Of a stretch of 64,000 bases of DNA, positions 48,847 to 57,876 are shown one piece after another. The translations under genes were made by a program, and so were the position numbers. The notes beneath the pieces were generated by a model. It did no database searches. It was not told where the DNA came from and saw only the letters and a program-made list of their open reading frames with translations. Origin of the DNA: Myxococcota bacterium (GTDB lineage: Bacteria > Myxococcota_A > UBA796 > UBA2385); contig JBIJDH010000003.1 of the NCBI GenBank assembly GCA_044344255.1, positions 96,001 to 160,000 of the forward strand, read 5' to 3'. Position 1 is the stretch's first letter. Every line of letters starts with the position of its first letter.

Positions 48847-51800
48847 TGTCGCGCGGGGGAGCGCGTCGCTCCGCTCGCCCCCTCGCCCCTTCGTTTTGGC
48901 CCAAGCCTTCCCGCTCGGGGGGTGCCGCGGTGCATAGCCTCTCGCCCTTCGGAGGGCGCGAGCCCGCCCTCTCTGAGCTGCTCGGCCCCAACGCCGAGCT
49001 CGTCGCCCGCTTCCGGCGCTTCGCCGCCGCGCGCCGTCCGGGCCTCGTCCTGGTGGTCGGCCCCGCGGGATCGGGGCGGGGGCTCGTGCTGCGCGCCCTC
49101 GCCCAGGAGATCCTGCCCGAGCGGACGAAGGGTGACACTGATGCCTCATTGGCAGATCTCCAGGCGGTCCGCTCCCGCTTGGAGGGCCTGTCCCGGTGGG
49201 CCGGGGCCAGCCGTTACGCCGCGGCGCTCGGTGATCAGCTCGGCGGAGCGGTCAGCACCGACGGGCAAACCCCGAGCCTCGCTCGCCAGCTCTACGCCTT
49301 CGGCGGGCGAGGTTACGGCGGTGCCGGCCATGGGCGGATCTCCGGGCCGGTGCTCCTGCTCGGGGGTGCCGAGGGCCACCCGATGGGGCGCATGGCGCTC
49401 TACCGCTGGCTGCCGCGAATCGCCGCCGAGGGGATGACCGAGTGGGTCTTCGTGAGCCTCGAGGCCCAGGCCGACGGCCGATCCCCGCTCGAGTCGGCGA
49501 TCGTCGGTCGCCGGTACCCCGAAGACCCCAATTCCCGGGTCCTCGTCTTTCGCGCAGGCCAAGGCTGGGATCGGGCCGCGGTGGAGCGGCTCGCGCACCT
49601 GCACCTCGACACCCCGCACGTCTCCACGGAGCTGCTCGACGAGCTCTGGGCCGCCGTGGGGCCCTGGGGCGACAACCCGCCGGCTGCGGCTCGCATCCTC
49701 CTCGATCATTGGCGCCGAGCCGAGCTGATCGAAAACCGAGCCGGAAGTTGGGAGCTCACCCGTCCAAAGGGCCTGCTCGGCCTGTTGAGCGGCGGGAGAG
49801 GCGAGGTGCCGAACCTCGAGGGCTGCCTCGCGCCGCTGCTCGGAGAGGGTCCGGCCCGCGCGGTGCTGCTGGCCGCCGCGTGGGCGGGCCCCTTCGCCCC
49901 CTGGGATGCGCTGCGGGCCGCCCTCGATCCCTCCGCTGACCCCACCGTCGTCGATCGCCTCCGCGACCGCTTGACCACGGAGCACCGGCCGCGCCTGTGG
50001 CGGATGAGCGAAGGAACGGTGGTCTGGCGTGATCACAAGCTGCGCGACCTCATCTTTCGGGTGAGCCACCTGCCCGGCAGCCCGCTCCGCGCCGAGGCGG
50101 AGGCCGCGGTCGGCCGCGCCCTGAGCTGGCTGGCTCATGAGCCCTGGGGGGAGCGCGCTCGCTGGTCGCAGCCGGAACGATGCTGGTCGGAGGCCCTCGG
50201 TGTACCGCCGATCGCGGTCCCCGTCCCGCCTGCCCTCGACGCCATGGCCGCCGAGCAGAGCTTCTTGAGCTGGCTTCGCTTCGGGCCTCCGCTCGACGAG
50301 CAGGGCCTGTCCACCCTCGTCGAGCGCCTCGACCCTGCGTTGGCCGCTTGGCCGAACCCCGTCCCCCGCGAGGAGCTGTGGCGGACCGTGATGGAGCGCA
50401 GCGGCGCGACCTCGCCCAGCCGGGCCCGGGCCCTGCACATGCTCGGCCAGCTCCTCCGGACGCAGGGACGGCTGGCGGAGGCGGAGGGGCTGCTCCGGCA
50501 TTGCCTCGACACCGTGACCGTCCCCGAGCGGACGCCCGGGGAGCGGGTGAGCACCCAGGCCGCCCTCGGGCTCGTCCTCCTCGCCCTCCGACGGACGACG
50601 GAGGCCGAAGAGCGGCTGCGCCGGGCCGTCAACGAGGCGGAGCGCGGCCAGGTGGCCCCCTTGGAGCTGGCGACGATGCGCCTCGGCCTCGCCCGCACCG
50701 TGCTCCTGCTCGGGCGCCTCGGTGAGGCCGATCCGCTGCTCCGGCGGAGCGTGGAGGAGCTCGTGGCCACGGGGGCGCCCGCCTCGCTCGTGTCCTCGGC
50801 GCGGCATGATCTGGCAAAGGTCCGCTGGATGCAGGGTCGCGCCGCGGAGGCCCTGCGGATCTTGCGGATGTCGATCCGCGATGGGCTCCGCGAGGGGGCG
50901 GGTCGGGATGATCTGGCCCGAATGCGGGCCGATCTCGGTGGCTGGCTGCTCGAGACCGGCGATCTTGCGGAGGCCGAGGTGGTGCTGCGAGAGGCCGCCG
51001 ATCGCGGGGGGCCGAGCGAAGACCCCGGACGAGCGCCGCTCCTCCTCGGTCGTGCCCTGATGCGACAGGGACGCTTCACCGACGCCGAGGTGGCGCTGCG
51101 AAAGTCGATCGGTGAGCGCCGAAAGGTCGGCTCGCCGCAGAGCGAGGTGCTGCAGCCGCGGATGGAGCTCGTCGCCTGCGTCCGGCTCCAGGGCCGCACG
51201 CGAGAGGCCGAGGTGCTGCTGCGGCGCTGGATCGCCAACTCACGTGACTGGGCCGGCCCGGCGGAGGCCAGCCGGATGTACCACCAGCTCGCCCTCACGG
51301 CCGTCGGGCAGGGGCAGGTCGAGGAGGCTGAGGTCCTCTTTCGGACCGCGCTCGAGTATGGGGTCGAGGCCGACGTCGGGCCCGGCACCACCGCCCTCAT
51401 CCGCCACGGCCTCGGCGCCCTGCTTATCGGGCGCGGGCAGATGTCGGAGGCGGCGGCCGAGCTGCGCCGCGCCCTCTTCGATCTCCGCTCCGGCGCGAAG
51501 GGAGACGAGGTGTCGTCGAACCCGACGCTGACCGCCCGAGATCGGGATCGCTTTCAGCAGGCCGATCAGCTGCTGCGGGCCAGCCTCGAGGAGATGGAGG
51601 ACGCGGGTGGCCACTCCTCTCAGCGCGCCCTCACCTGGCAGCTCCTCGCTCAGCTCGCCTTTGAGCGGGGGCATGTCAATGAGGCCGCCGACCTCGCCCG
51701 TCGCGCGGAGATGGACCTGCTGGGCTATCTTGAGCAGCTCCGGGAGGCCGATCCCTTCGACGCCCGGCTGCGGGGCTGCCTCGCTGCCCTACGCGACAAC

Positions 51801-51908
51801 GCGAACATGCGCGGCGAAGAGGAGGAGGCGGAGTATTGGGCGACCGAGCTCCAGGCCCTCGCTGGGATGGAGTCGGGCATCGCCTCGGTGGCCGTCCCGC
51901 AGCTCTGA
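48843..51908 (+). CDS. P-loop (AAA_16/STAND-like) domain plus long TPR array
   Basis: FGGREPALSEL, VLVVGPAGSGRG; about 9 TPR-like repeats (QGRLAEAEGLLR etc.). Start uncertain (48843 or 48930). Confidence 0.75.
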   Translation: MMSRGGARRSARPLAPSFWPKPSRSGGAAVHSLSPFGGREPALSELLGPNAELVARFRRFAAARRPGLVLVVGPAGSGRGLVLRALAQEILPERTKGDTDASLADLQAVRSRLEGLSRWAGASRYAAALGDQLGGAVSTDGQTPSLARQLYAFGGRGYGGAGHGRISGPVLLLGGAEGHPMGRMALYRWLPRIAAEGMTEWVFVSLEAQADGRSPLESAIVGRRYPEDPNSRVLVFRAGQGWDRAAVERLAHLHLDTPHVSTELLDELWAAVGPWGDNPPAAARILLDHWRRAELIENRAGSWELTRPKGLLGLLSGGRGEVPNLEGCLAPLLGEGPARAVLLAAAWAGPFAPWDALRAALDPSADPTVVDRLRDRLTTEHRPRLWRMSEGTVVWRDHKLRDLIFRVSHLPGSPLRAEAEAAVGRALSWLAHEPWGERARWSQPERCWSEALGVPPIAVPVPPALDAMAAEQSFLSWLRFGPPLDEQGLSTLVERLDPALAAWPNPVPREELWRTVMERSGATSPSRARALHMLGQLLRTQGRLAEAEGLLRHCLDTVTVPERTPGERVSTQAALGLVLLALRRTTEAEERLRRAVNEAERGQVAPLELATMRLGLARTVLLLGRLGEADPLLRRSVEELVATGAPASLVSSARHDLAKVRWMQGRAAEALRILRMSIRDGLREGAGRDDLARMRADLGGWLLETGDLAEAEVVLREAADRGGPSEDPGRAPLLLGRALMRQGRFTDAEVALRKSIGERRKVGSPQSEVLQPRMELVACVRLQGRTREAEVLLRRWIANSRDWAGPAEASRMYHQLALTAVGQGQVEEAEVLFRTALEYGVEADVGPGTTALIRHGLGALLIGRGQMSEAAAELRRALFDLRSGAKGDEVSSNPTLTARDRDRFQQADQLLRASLEEMEDAGGHSSQRALTWQLLAQLAFERGHVNEAADLARRAEMDLLGYLEQLREADPFDARLRGCLAALRDNANMRGEEEEAEYWATELQALAGMESGIASVAVPQL

Positions 51909-51915
51909 ATTCGTC

Positions 51916-52638
51916 TCACCCTCGTCCGAGCTGCGCGGCGCGGGGGGCGCCGGGGTCCTCGGGGAGGGCGTCGTGGAGGGGGATGCGGTTGCCGACCTCG
52001 TAGCCGGCCCGGTCAAAGGCGAAGGGGACGGGCATCGAGCCGCCGAAGCGCCGCCCCTGCTGCCGGAGCCACCCCTCGACATCGTCGCCGCGCCGCAGCA
52101 CGAGGGCCGTCCCCTTGGGGTCGAGGCGCTGATCTTCACGCCGCAGCTCGCCGAGCCGGACGGCCACGGCGCTGATCGCCGAGTGGGTGAAGGCGATGAG
52201 GTCTTGGACCCGCCCCTCCTCCGTCGGTAGGCCGCGCGCTTCGCGCTCCCGGTGGCGACGCTCGGTGAAGGCGGCGCGGGCGGCGGTCAGCTCCCGATCG
52301 AGCACGGCGTAGAGGTACTCGGTGATGAGCAGGCTCGATCGGTGTCCGAAGAGGTGCGCCCGCTCGCCGCTCCGAGGCCAGGCCACCGTGCAACAGCCGT
52401 GGCTGGCCACCACCGCGCTCAGGCGGCGGCGCCAGAGGGCGCGGTCGGTCAGCGGGATGCAGCGCTCGAGGATCGGGTCGCGGTCGTGATCACCGCGGCG
52501 CCGGGCCTCGTCGGCCTGCAGGGCGAAGCGGCGGGCGAGGGCCCGGGCCATCCGGGCGGCGGCCTCTCCCTCGGGGGTGCCCGCCTGATCGGTGGCCAGC
52601 GCGAGGAGCTTCTGGATGCGGGCGATGGGATCGATCAT
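51916..52638 (-). CDS. DUF2786-domain protein
   Basis: N-terminal IARIQKLLALA...TPEGEAAARMA; GYEVG near the C-terminus. Confidence 0.78.
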   Translation of the reverse strand: MIDPIARIQKLLALATDQAGTPEGEAAARMARALARRFALQADEARRRGDHDRDPILERCIPLTDRALWRRRLSAVVASHGCCTVAWPRSGERAHLFGHRSSLLITEYLYAVLDRELTAARAAFTERRHREREARGLPTEEGRVQDLIAFTHSAISAVAVRLGELRREDQRLDPKGTALVLRRGDDVEGWLRQQGRRFGGSMPVPFAFDRAGYEVGNRIPLHDALPEDPGAPRAAQLGRG

Positions 52639-52741
52639 GGGTCACCTGAGCACAGGGTGCCATGCTCCGACCGCCTCGGGGACCCGGGGTTCCGTCGCCC
52701 CTGTCAGGGTTTGATGAGGGCGCGGCGACCGGAGGGGGGCC

Positions 52742-53521
52742 TCAGGTGGAGGCCGGCGAGGCCGCGCCGTCCCGCTTCGACTCGCGCGAGGGGGACTGGA
52801 TGTCGAGGATCGGCCAGTTGTAGGCGTGCGCCAGCTTGACCAGCTTGTCGTCGGGGTTGATGCAGGCGGGGTGCCCGACCACAGAGAGCATCGGCACGTC
52901 GGAGTAGGAGTCCGAGTAGGCGTGGCAGTCGCGGAGGTCGTGGCCGTGGTCGGCGGCGTCTTTGACGAGCAGGCCCGACTTTTCGGGCCCGGCGACCACC
53001 GGGCGGAGCAGGCGACCGGTGGCGTAGAGGTCCTTGAATTCGAGGCGGTTGGCGATGACGTGGTCGGCCCCGAGGTGACGCGCCAGCGGGCGCATCGTCA
53101 CGTCGAGGGAGCCGGTCACCAGCACGACCCGGAGCTTGGCGCGGTGGCACTGGTCGATGAGCTCGCGGGCGCCCGGGAAGATGCGCGGCTTGACCACATT
53201 GTCGAAGACCTCGTCAGCGAGCACCATCACGCGATCTTCGCTCATCCCCTTGAAGTGGGAGAACAGGAGCTCGTTGAAGCGGCGACGGTCTTGCAGCTCC
53301 GCCAGGGCCAGCAGCGGGGCGTTCAACAGGGCGCGGCCGATCGAGCCGAGGCTCTGGAGCGGGGTGCCCTGATTACCGAGGAAGTAGGCGGTCGGCTGGA
53401 GGAGGTTCGTCCCGACTAGGGTGCCGTCGACGTCGAAGTAGGCCGTGGCCCGGAAGGCGGAGGAGGAGCCGAGGCCGGGGAGGGGCTCAGCCGAGGGGAG
53501 ACGGGACTCTGCCGGGGGCAT
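52742..53521 (-). CDS. HAD-IB family hydrolase (SerB-like)
   Basis: FDVDGTL, LVTGS, AYSDSYSDVPML, INPD. Confidence 0.92.
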   Translation of the reverse strand: MPPAESRLPSAEPLPGLGSSSAFRATAYFDVDGTLVGTNLLQPTAYFLGNQGTPLQSLGSIGRALLNAPLLALAELQDRRRFNELLFSHFKGMSEDRVMVLADEVFDNVVKPRIFPGARELIDQCHRAKLRVVLVTGSLDVTMRPLARHLGADHVIANRLEFKDLYATGRLLRPVVAGPEKSGLLVKDAADHGHDLRDCHAYSDSYSDVPMLSVVGHPACINPDDKLVKLAHAYNWPILDIQSPSRESKRDGAASPAST

Positions 53522-53556
53522 GGCGCGGCCTTCTTCGTTCGAAGCGGGCTGCGGGC

Positions 53557-55356
53557 CTAACCGACGTCGCCCGCTCCTTCCACCCGACGCGGGTCGAGGT
53601 GCACCGCCCAGAGCCCGAGGCCAGGGGCGATGTCACCTTGGCGCTCCGGCTGGAGCGCGCAAGACACCAGCAGGGCCTGGACGGCGGAGGACTCGGCCAC
53701 CCGCTCGGTCCAGACGACGGAGCCCCCTACCGCGGCGTCTACGGCCCGGTTGGCGATCGAGACCGTGCTCCCGAAGTAGTCGAGGCCGGCGGTGTCGGTG
53801 TGCATCGCCAAGGCGGGCCCGCGGTGCAGGCCGATCCGGAGGCGAGGGGCCCCGACCGCGGCGGTGGCGCGGCTGTGCCGGTCGTGGGCGGCGTGGGCGG
53901 CGAGCGCGGCCCGGAGCGCGTCTTCGGGGTTGTAGAAGGCGGCGAGCATGGAGTCGCCGGTGGTCTTGACGCGGGTGCCCCCTGCGGCGTCCACCGCGGC
54001 GTCGAGGAGGGCGAAGTGGGCGACCACGAAGGAGAGGGCCTGGCGGTCTCCCTGGTCGAGGTAGAAGGCGGTGGAGTCGGTGAGGTCGGTGAAGAGGACC
54101 GTCACCTCTGAGACCTCGAAGCGGGCGGCGGGGGCGAGGGCGGGGACGCCGAAGCGGGCGCGCCAGAGCCCCGAGGTGACGAGCCGCAGCGCGGGGAGGG
54201 GCGCGCCGCCGTGGTCCTGACGGCAGAGCAGCACCCGACAGCGGGCGGGGGAGTCGTTGTGGAGCTGGAGGGTCACCCGCCCCGCGGCCGTCCGTCGGGA
54301 GGTCGGGGTGGGCAGCGGGGTCCAGCGGAGGGGCCCGACCGGCCCGTCTTCGAGCACGATCAGCGCCTGGTCGGCGTGCCCGCCGCTGGCGACGATCTGC
54401 CAGAGCCCGGGGTCGAGGTCGAGCTCGATCTGGTCCTGCCCCCCGGGCGGGAGCAGGCTGAGGGCCGCCACCTCGGGACGCCGGGCGGGGAACCAGGTGG
54501 CGAAGCCGGGCTCCCCGCGGGGGGCGAGCGAGGCGGGGGCGCAGAAGACCGCCTCGACCGTGGCGCGCAGGTCGACCGGGAAGGCGGACTGGCAGCTCCC
54601 GCAGGTGGCGGCCTCGCGGAGGAGGGAGAGGGCCTCGACGGCCTCGCAGGCGAGCGCGCAGCGGGGGCAGCGGGCCTGCCAACGGAGCTCGAGGAGCCCG
54701 GCGCCCACGGCCTCGATGAAGGCGTCCTGCACCACCGCGCGGGGCAGGCCCCAGCGGAGGGCGAGCAGGGCGGGCCGGAGCTCGGACAGGGACCACAGGG
54801 GGGCGGCCTCGAGCAGGCGCCGCAGCCGGTGGACCACCGGGGCAGGAGCGCCGCCGGCCTTCCAGCGCACGAAGGCCGCGGTGACGGCGTGATCGAGCTG
54901 CCGGAGGGCGGCCGGCGCGGGGGTGGTGCCAGGGGTGGGGAGGGTCCGGAGGCAGCGCTGCCAGGCCCGCCCCGTGGCCGCGAGGCCGAGGGAGACGAGG
55001 GGCTCGACGAGGGCCGAGCGAGGCCGAAGCTCGAGCTCGAGCCGAGGGATGACGCCCTCTCCCCGGCGCTCGAGGGTGGCTTCGAAGCGCAGCTCCCGCA
55101 GCAGGGGGCCCTCGATCTGCCGACAGAAGCGCAGGCTCTGGCCGACGACCCAGCGGTGGTCGACCTCCTCGAAGCGGTGGCGGAGCCCGATCGGCCCCAG
55201 CAGCTCCCCCGACAGCACGGGGAAGCCGTCCTCCCCCGCCTCGAGTTCAAAGGTGAGGGGAGGGGAGGCGGCCTGCCGGTTCAGGTGGTCGGGATCGGAG
55301 AGCAGCGTCCACGCGGCGGTGGCCTCGGCGAGGGGGCCCTCCAGGCGCAGGAGCAT
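53557..55356 (-). CDS. Class III cyclase with DUF5939-like region; paralog of 10853-12727
   Basis: FTDLTDST, VKTTGDS, GLHRGP, DYFGSTVSIANR; CPRC...CGSC. Confidence 0.85.
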   Translation of the reverse strand: MLLRLEGPLAEATAAWTLLSDPDHLNRQAASPPLTFELEAGEDGFPVLSGELLGPIGLRHRFEEVDHRWVVGQSLRFCRQIEGPLLRELRFEATLERRGEGVIPRLELELRPRSALVEPLVSLGLAATGRAWQRCLRTLPTPGTTPAPAALRQLDHAVTAAFVRWKAGGAPAPVVHRLRRLLEAAPLWSLSELRPALLALRWGLPRAVVQDAFIEAVGAGLLELRWQARCPRCALACEAVEALSLLREAATCGSCQSAFPVDLRATVEAVFCAPASLAPRGEPGFATWFPARRPEVAALSLLPPGGQDQIELDLDPGLWQIVASGGHADQALIVLEDGPVGPLRWTPLPTPTSRRTAAGRVTLQLHNDSPARCRVLLCRQDHGGAPLPALRLVTSGLWRARFGVPALAPAARFEVSEVTVLFTDLTDSTAFYLDQGDRQALSFVVAHFALLDAAVDAAGGTRVKTTGDSMLAAFYNPEDALRAALAAHAAHDRHSRATAAVGAPRLRIGLHRGPALAMHTDTAGLDYFGSTVSIANRAVDAAVGGSVVWTERVAESSAVQALLVSCALQPERQGDIAPGLGLWAVHLDPRRVEGAGDVG

Positions 55357-55362
55357 GGGCGG

Positions 55363-56535
55363 TCAGCCGCCAGCCTCTTCTTCCTTCGTCGAGATCCCCG
55401 CCTCGTCGATCGCGTCGCCTGCGAGGCGCCGCTCGAAGATCCGCCGGCGGTCGGCCTTGTGGAGGTCATAGAGGTAGCGGGCCGGGGTCAACGCCTCGGC
55501 CTTCTTGCCGATCACGCCCACCATCCGCCAGCTCCCGTCCACCCACTGCACCGCGAAGCTGCGGTCGCGACCCTTGGCCTTGACGCCCACATGGTAGAGC
55601 GAGGCGTCCTGCCCGTCTCGGGAGATGCTGCCGATGTCATCGGCCTTGTTGATGACGTACTCCGCCCAGGGGGTGCCGTCCTGGGCCCGCGGCGAGCCGT
55701 GGAAGGAGGGCCCCACCGAGATGAGCTCGCCCACCGAGCAGGCGCCGACCATCGGCGAATCGACGAGGTTGTAGCAGACGCTCAGCAAGAGGGCGCCCTG
55801 GAAGTCGCCGTCGTAGAGGGCCTGGTCGAACTTCTGCGCGAGGGCCAGCACCTCGTCGCGGCTGGGGGCGCCCGGGGCCTTCTCCGTCGGGCGGGCGCGG
55901 CTGCCCCGCTCCTCGCCGGCGGGCAGCGGGCTCGGGCAGCCGCCCTGGTGGAGGTTGAGGACGGAGGCATCGAAAACAGGGGCCCCCTCCTTGCTCACCG
56001 TGACCTCGATGGTCTTGGTCTTCTCCTCCGGGGCGAGGCACTCAAACCACGGGGACGACTTGGCCATCGAGAAGGTGACGGGGACGAAGTAGGCGTCCTT
56101 CTTCCACTCCCCCTGAGCGACCGTGATCTTCGGATCTTCACCCAGGTAGACGCAGTAGCCCTTCTGGGTCGAGGCGGTGATGAAGCGCTGCGACTGGTAG
56201 GTGGGCGAGATGCGGGCCAGTGAGCCGTTGGGCCGAGTGCCGATGTCGTCGTTGAAAGCGAGGTCCTTCTGCTCGAGGCAGGCCTTGTCGAACCAGGGGG
56301 CCTCGAGCCAGACGGCCTTACCCTTCAGCTCGAGGCCGGTGCGGCCGGGAGGATTGGCGGCGGTGAAGGCCGCCTCGATCGAGGCCTTGGCGGCCGCGTG
56401 CTCGAGCTTGGGCTCGCAGCCCTGGATGAGGAGCCCCGGGAAGAAGAGCAGCGAGAGCGCGCCCGCCGCCCCGGCTCGTTGGGCCGTCCGGCCCGTCTGC
56501 CCCCCGTTGCCGGCCGCCTTCGCTCCACCCTTCAT
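55363..56535 (-). CDS. Hypothetical Cys-containing lipoprotein
   Basis: ATG 56535; hydrophobic stretch ending LIQGC; GC3 codon bias. Confidence 0.7.
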   Translation of the reverse strand: MKGGAKAAGNGGQTGRTAQRAGAAGALSLLFFPGLLIQGCEPKLEHAAAKASIEAAFTAANPPGRTGLELKGKAVWLEAPWFDKACLEQKDLAFNDDIGTRPNGSLARISPTYQSQRFITASTQKGYCVYLGEDPKITVAQGEWKKDAYFVPVTFSMAKSSPWFECLAPEEKTKTIEVTVSKEGAPVFDASVLNLHQGGCPSPLPAGEERGSRARPTEKAPGAPSRDEVLALAQKFDQALYDGDFQGALLLSVCYNLVDSPMVGACSVGELISVGPSFHGSPRAQDGTPWAEYVINKADDIGSISRDGQDASLYHVGVKAKGRDRSFAVQWVDGSWRMVGVIGKKAEALTPARYLYDLHKADRRRIFERRLAGDAIDEAGISTKEEEAGG

Positions 56536-56630
56536 CCTGACCTCCGATTGAAGGGGCGAAAGTACCACGCCGAAGCTCGGCGACCCTGTGAGGAGATCGT
56601 GCGACAGCGCAGGAGTGCGTCGGCGGGCGG

Positions 56631-57323
56631 TCAAGCGCGGAGGATCCAGGCCCAGGCCTCGCGGAGGCGCGCCGCGCCGTCCGTGAGGATGACCTCGCCG
56701 TGCGCAGGGATCACGCCGGTTGGCCCTCGATCGACGAGGCCTCGGAGGGCGGCCTGGAGCGCTCCCTTGTCCGAGACCATCGCGAAGCGGACGGCGCGGC
56801 TCTGCCGGAGGGCCCCGTTGGCGCCGACGAGGCTGAGGAGCAGGCTCGTCTGCCAGTTGGCGGGCTCGCGGATGTGGAAGGCGAGGTCTGTGAGGAAGAG
56901 CAGCCCGGACGGCCCGTGGAGGAAGGCGGTCTCGCTCAAGGCGTCGGCCCCGGCCACGAAGAGGGGCGTGAGCGAGGGGCCGAAGGGCATCGCGCCCACC
57001 TCAACGGGGAGGATGGTGTCGAAGCGCAGCTCCGGCCGCTTCTCGGCGAGGCCCGGGGCCCCCCAGCCTTGGGCGCCGGGCCAGCGCGCACGCGCCGCGG
57101 CGTAGGCCATGTAGTGGAGCTTGTTCGGCGCCACGATGTGGCGAACCTCGCCGAGGGTGTCGATCGCGGCAGCGGTGGCCTCCTCCATCCGCACGGGGGA
57201 GATCAGCGTGAGCCCGCTGTCCTCACCCTTCACCACGAGGCAGCGGCCGGGGAGCACCACCCCGCCGGGCTGGGGGAGGGAGACGTCGACGGACCAGAGG
57301 TCGGGGGCGATGGGGTTGAGCAT
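56631..57323 (-). CDS. DUF4336-family protein (metallo-beta-lactamase-like fold)
   Basis: LISPV, IVAPNKLH, ETAFLH, LTDL, VIPAHG. Confidence 0.85.
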   Translation of the reverse strand: MLNPIAPDLWSVDVSLPQPGGVVLPGRCLVVKGEDSGLTLISPVRMEEATAAAIDTLGEVRHIVAPNKLHYMAYAAARARWPGAQGWGAPGLAEKRPELRFDTILPVEVGAMPFGPSLTPLFVAGADALSETAFLHGPSGLLFLTDLAFHIREPANWQTSLLLSLVGANGALRQSRAVRFAMVSDKGALQAALRGLVDRGPTGVIPAHGEVILTDGAARLREAWAWILRA

Positions 57324-57346
57324 GGCTTTCCTCGAAGGGTGGCCAT

Positions 57347-57387
57347 ATGATAAGGTGAGCCTGACCAACTCGTCAAGCATACCTGAC
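57347..57387 (-). promoter_or_regulatory. Sigma70-like promoter for the DUF4336 gene overlapped by a palindromic operator (probable site of the divergent MarR)
   Basis: Minus strand TTGACG (57376-71), 18 nt, TATCAT (57352-47); inverted repeat GTCAAG-CATA-CCTGAC at 57372-57387. Confidence 0.55.
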
Positions 57388-57405
57388 TAAAAACAGCGGT
57401 CGGCG

Positions 57406-57876
57406 GTGAAGATGGACGTTCAAGACGGAGCGAAGCTGGAGGGCGCCAAGCGGGGCAGCATGGGCCACCGCCTGATGCGCTGCGCCCGGCTGTTCAACGA
57501 GGCCGCGCTGGCGCGGGTGCGGGCCGAGACCGGCCTCCCGATTCGGGCCATCCACACCACGCTCTTCCCGCACGTCGACCTCGGGGGCACCCGGCTGACC
57601 ACCCTCGCCGAGCGGGTCGGCGTGACGAAGCAGGCCGCGGGTGAGCTCGTCGAAGAGCTCGTGGAGATGGGCGTCCTCGAGAGGGTGGCTGACTCCACCG
57701 ACGGCCGGGCCCGCCTCATCCGCTCCCGCGGCGCCCCGGCCGCCCTGGTCGCCGGGATCTCTACCCTGGTCGCGCTCGAGGCTGATTTCGAGGCGGAGGT
57801 CGGGGAGGCTGACGCCCAAGGGCTCCGCGCAGGGCTCCTCTCCCTCGAGGCCTTCCTCAGCCGGGATCGCGCTTGA
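57406..57876 (+). CDS. MarR-family transcriptional regulator
   Basis: LAERVGVTKQAAGELVEELVEMGVLERVADSTDGRAR. Confidence 0.9.
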   Translation: MKMDVQDGAKLEGAKRGSMGHRLMRCARLFNEAALARVRAETGLPIRAIHTTLFPHVDLGGTRLTTLAERVGVTKQAAGELVEELVEMGVLERVADSTDGRARLIRSRGAPAALVAGISTLVALEADFEAEVGEADAQGLRAGLLSLEAFLSRDRA

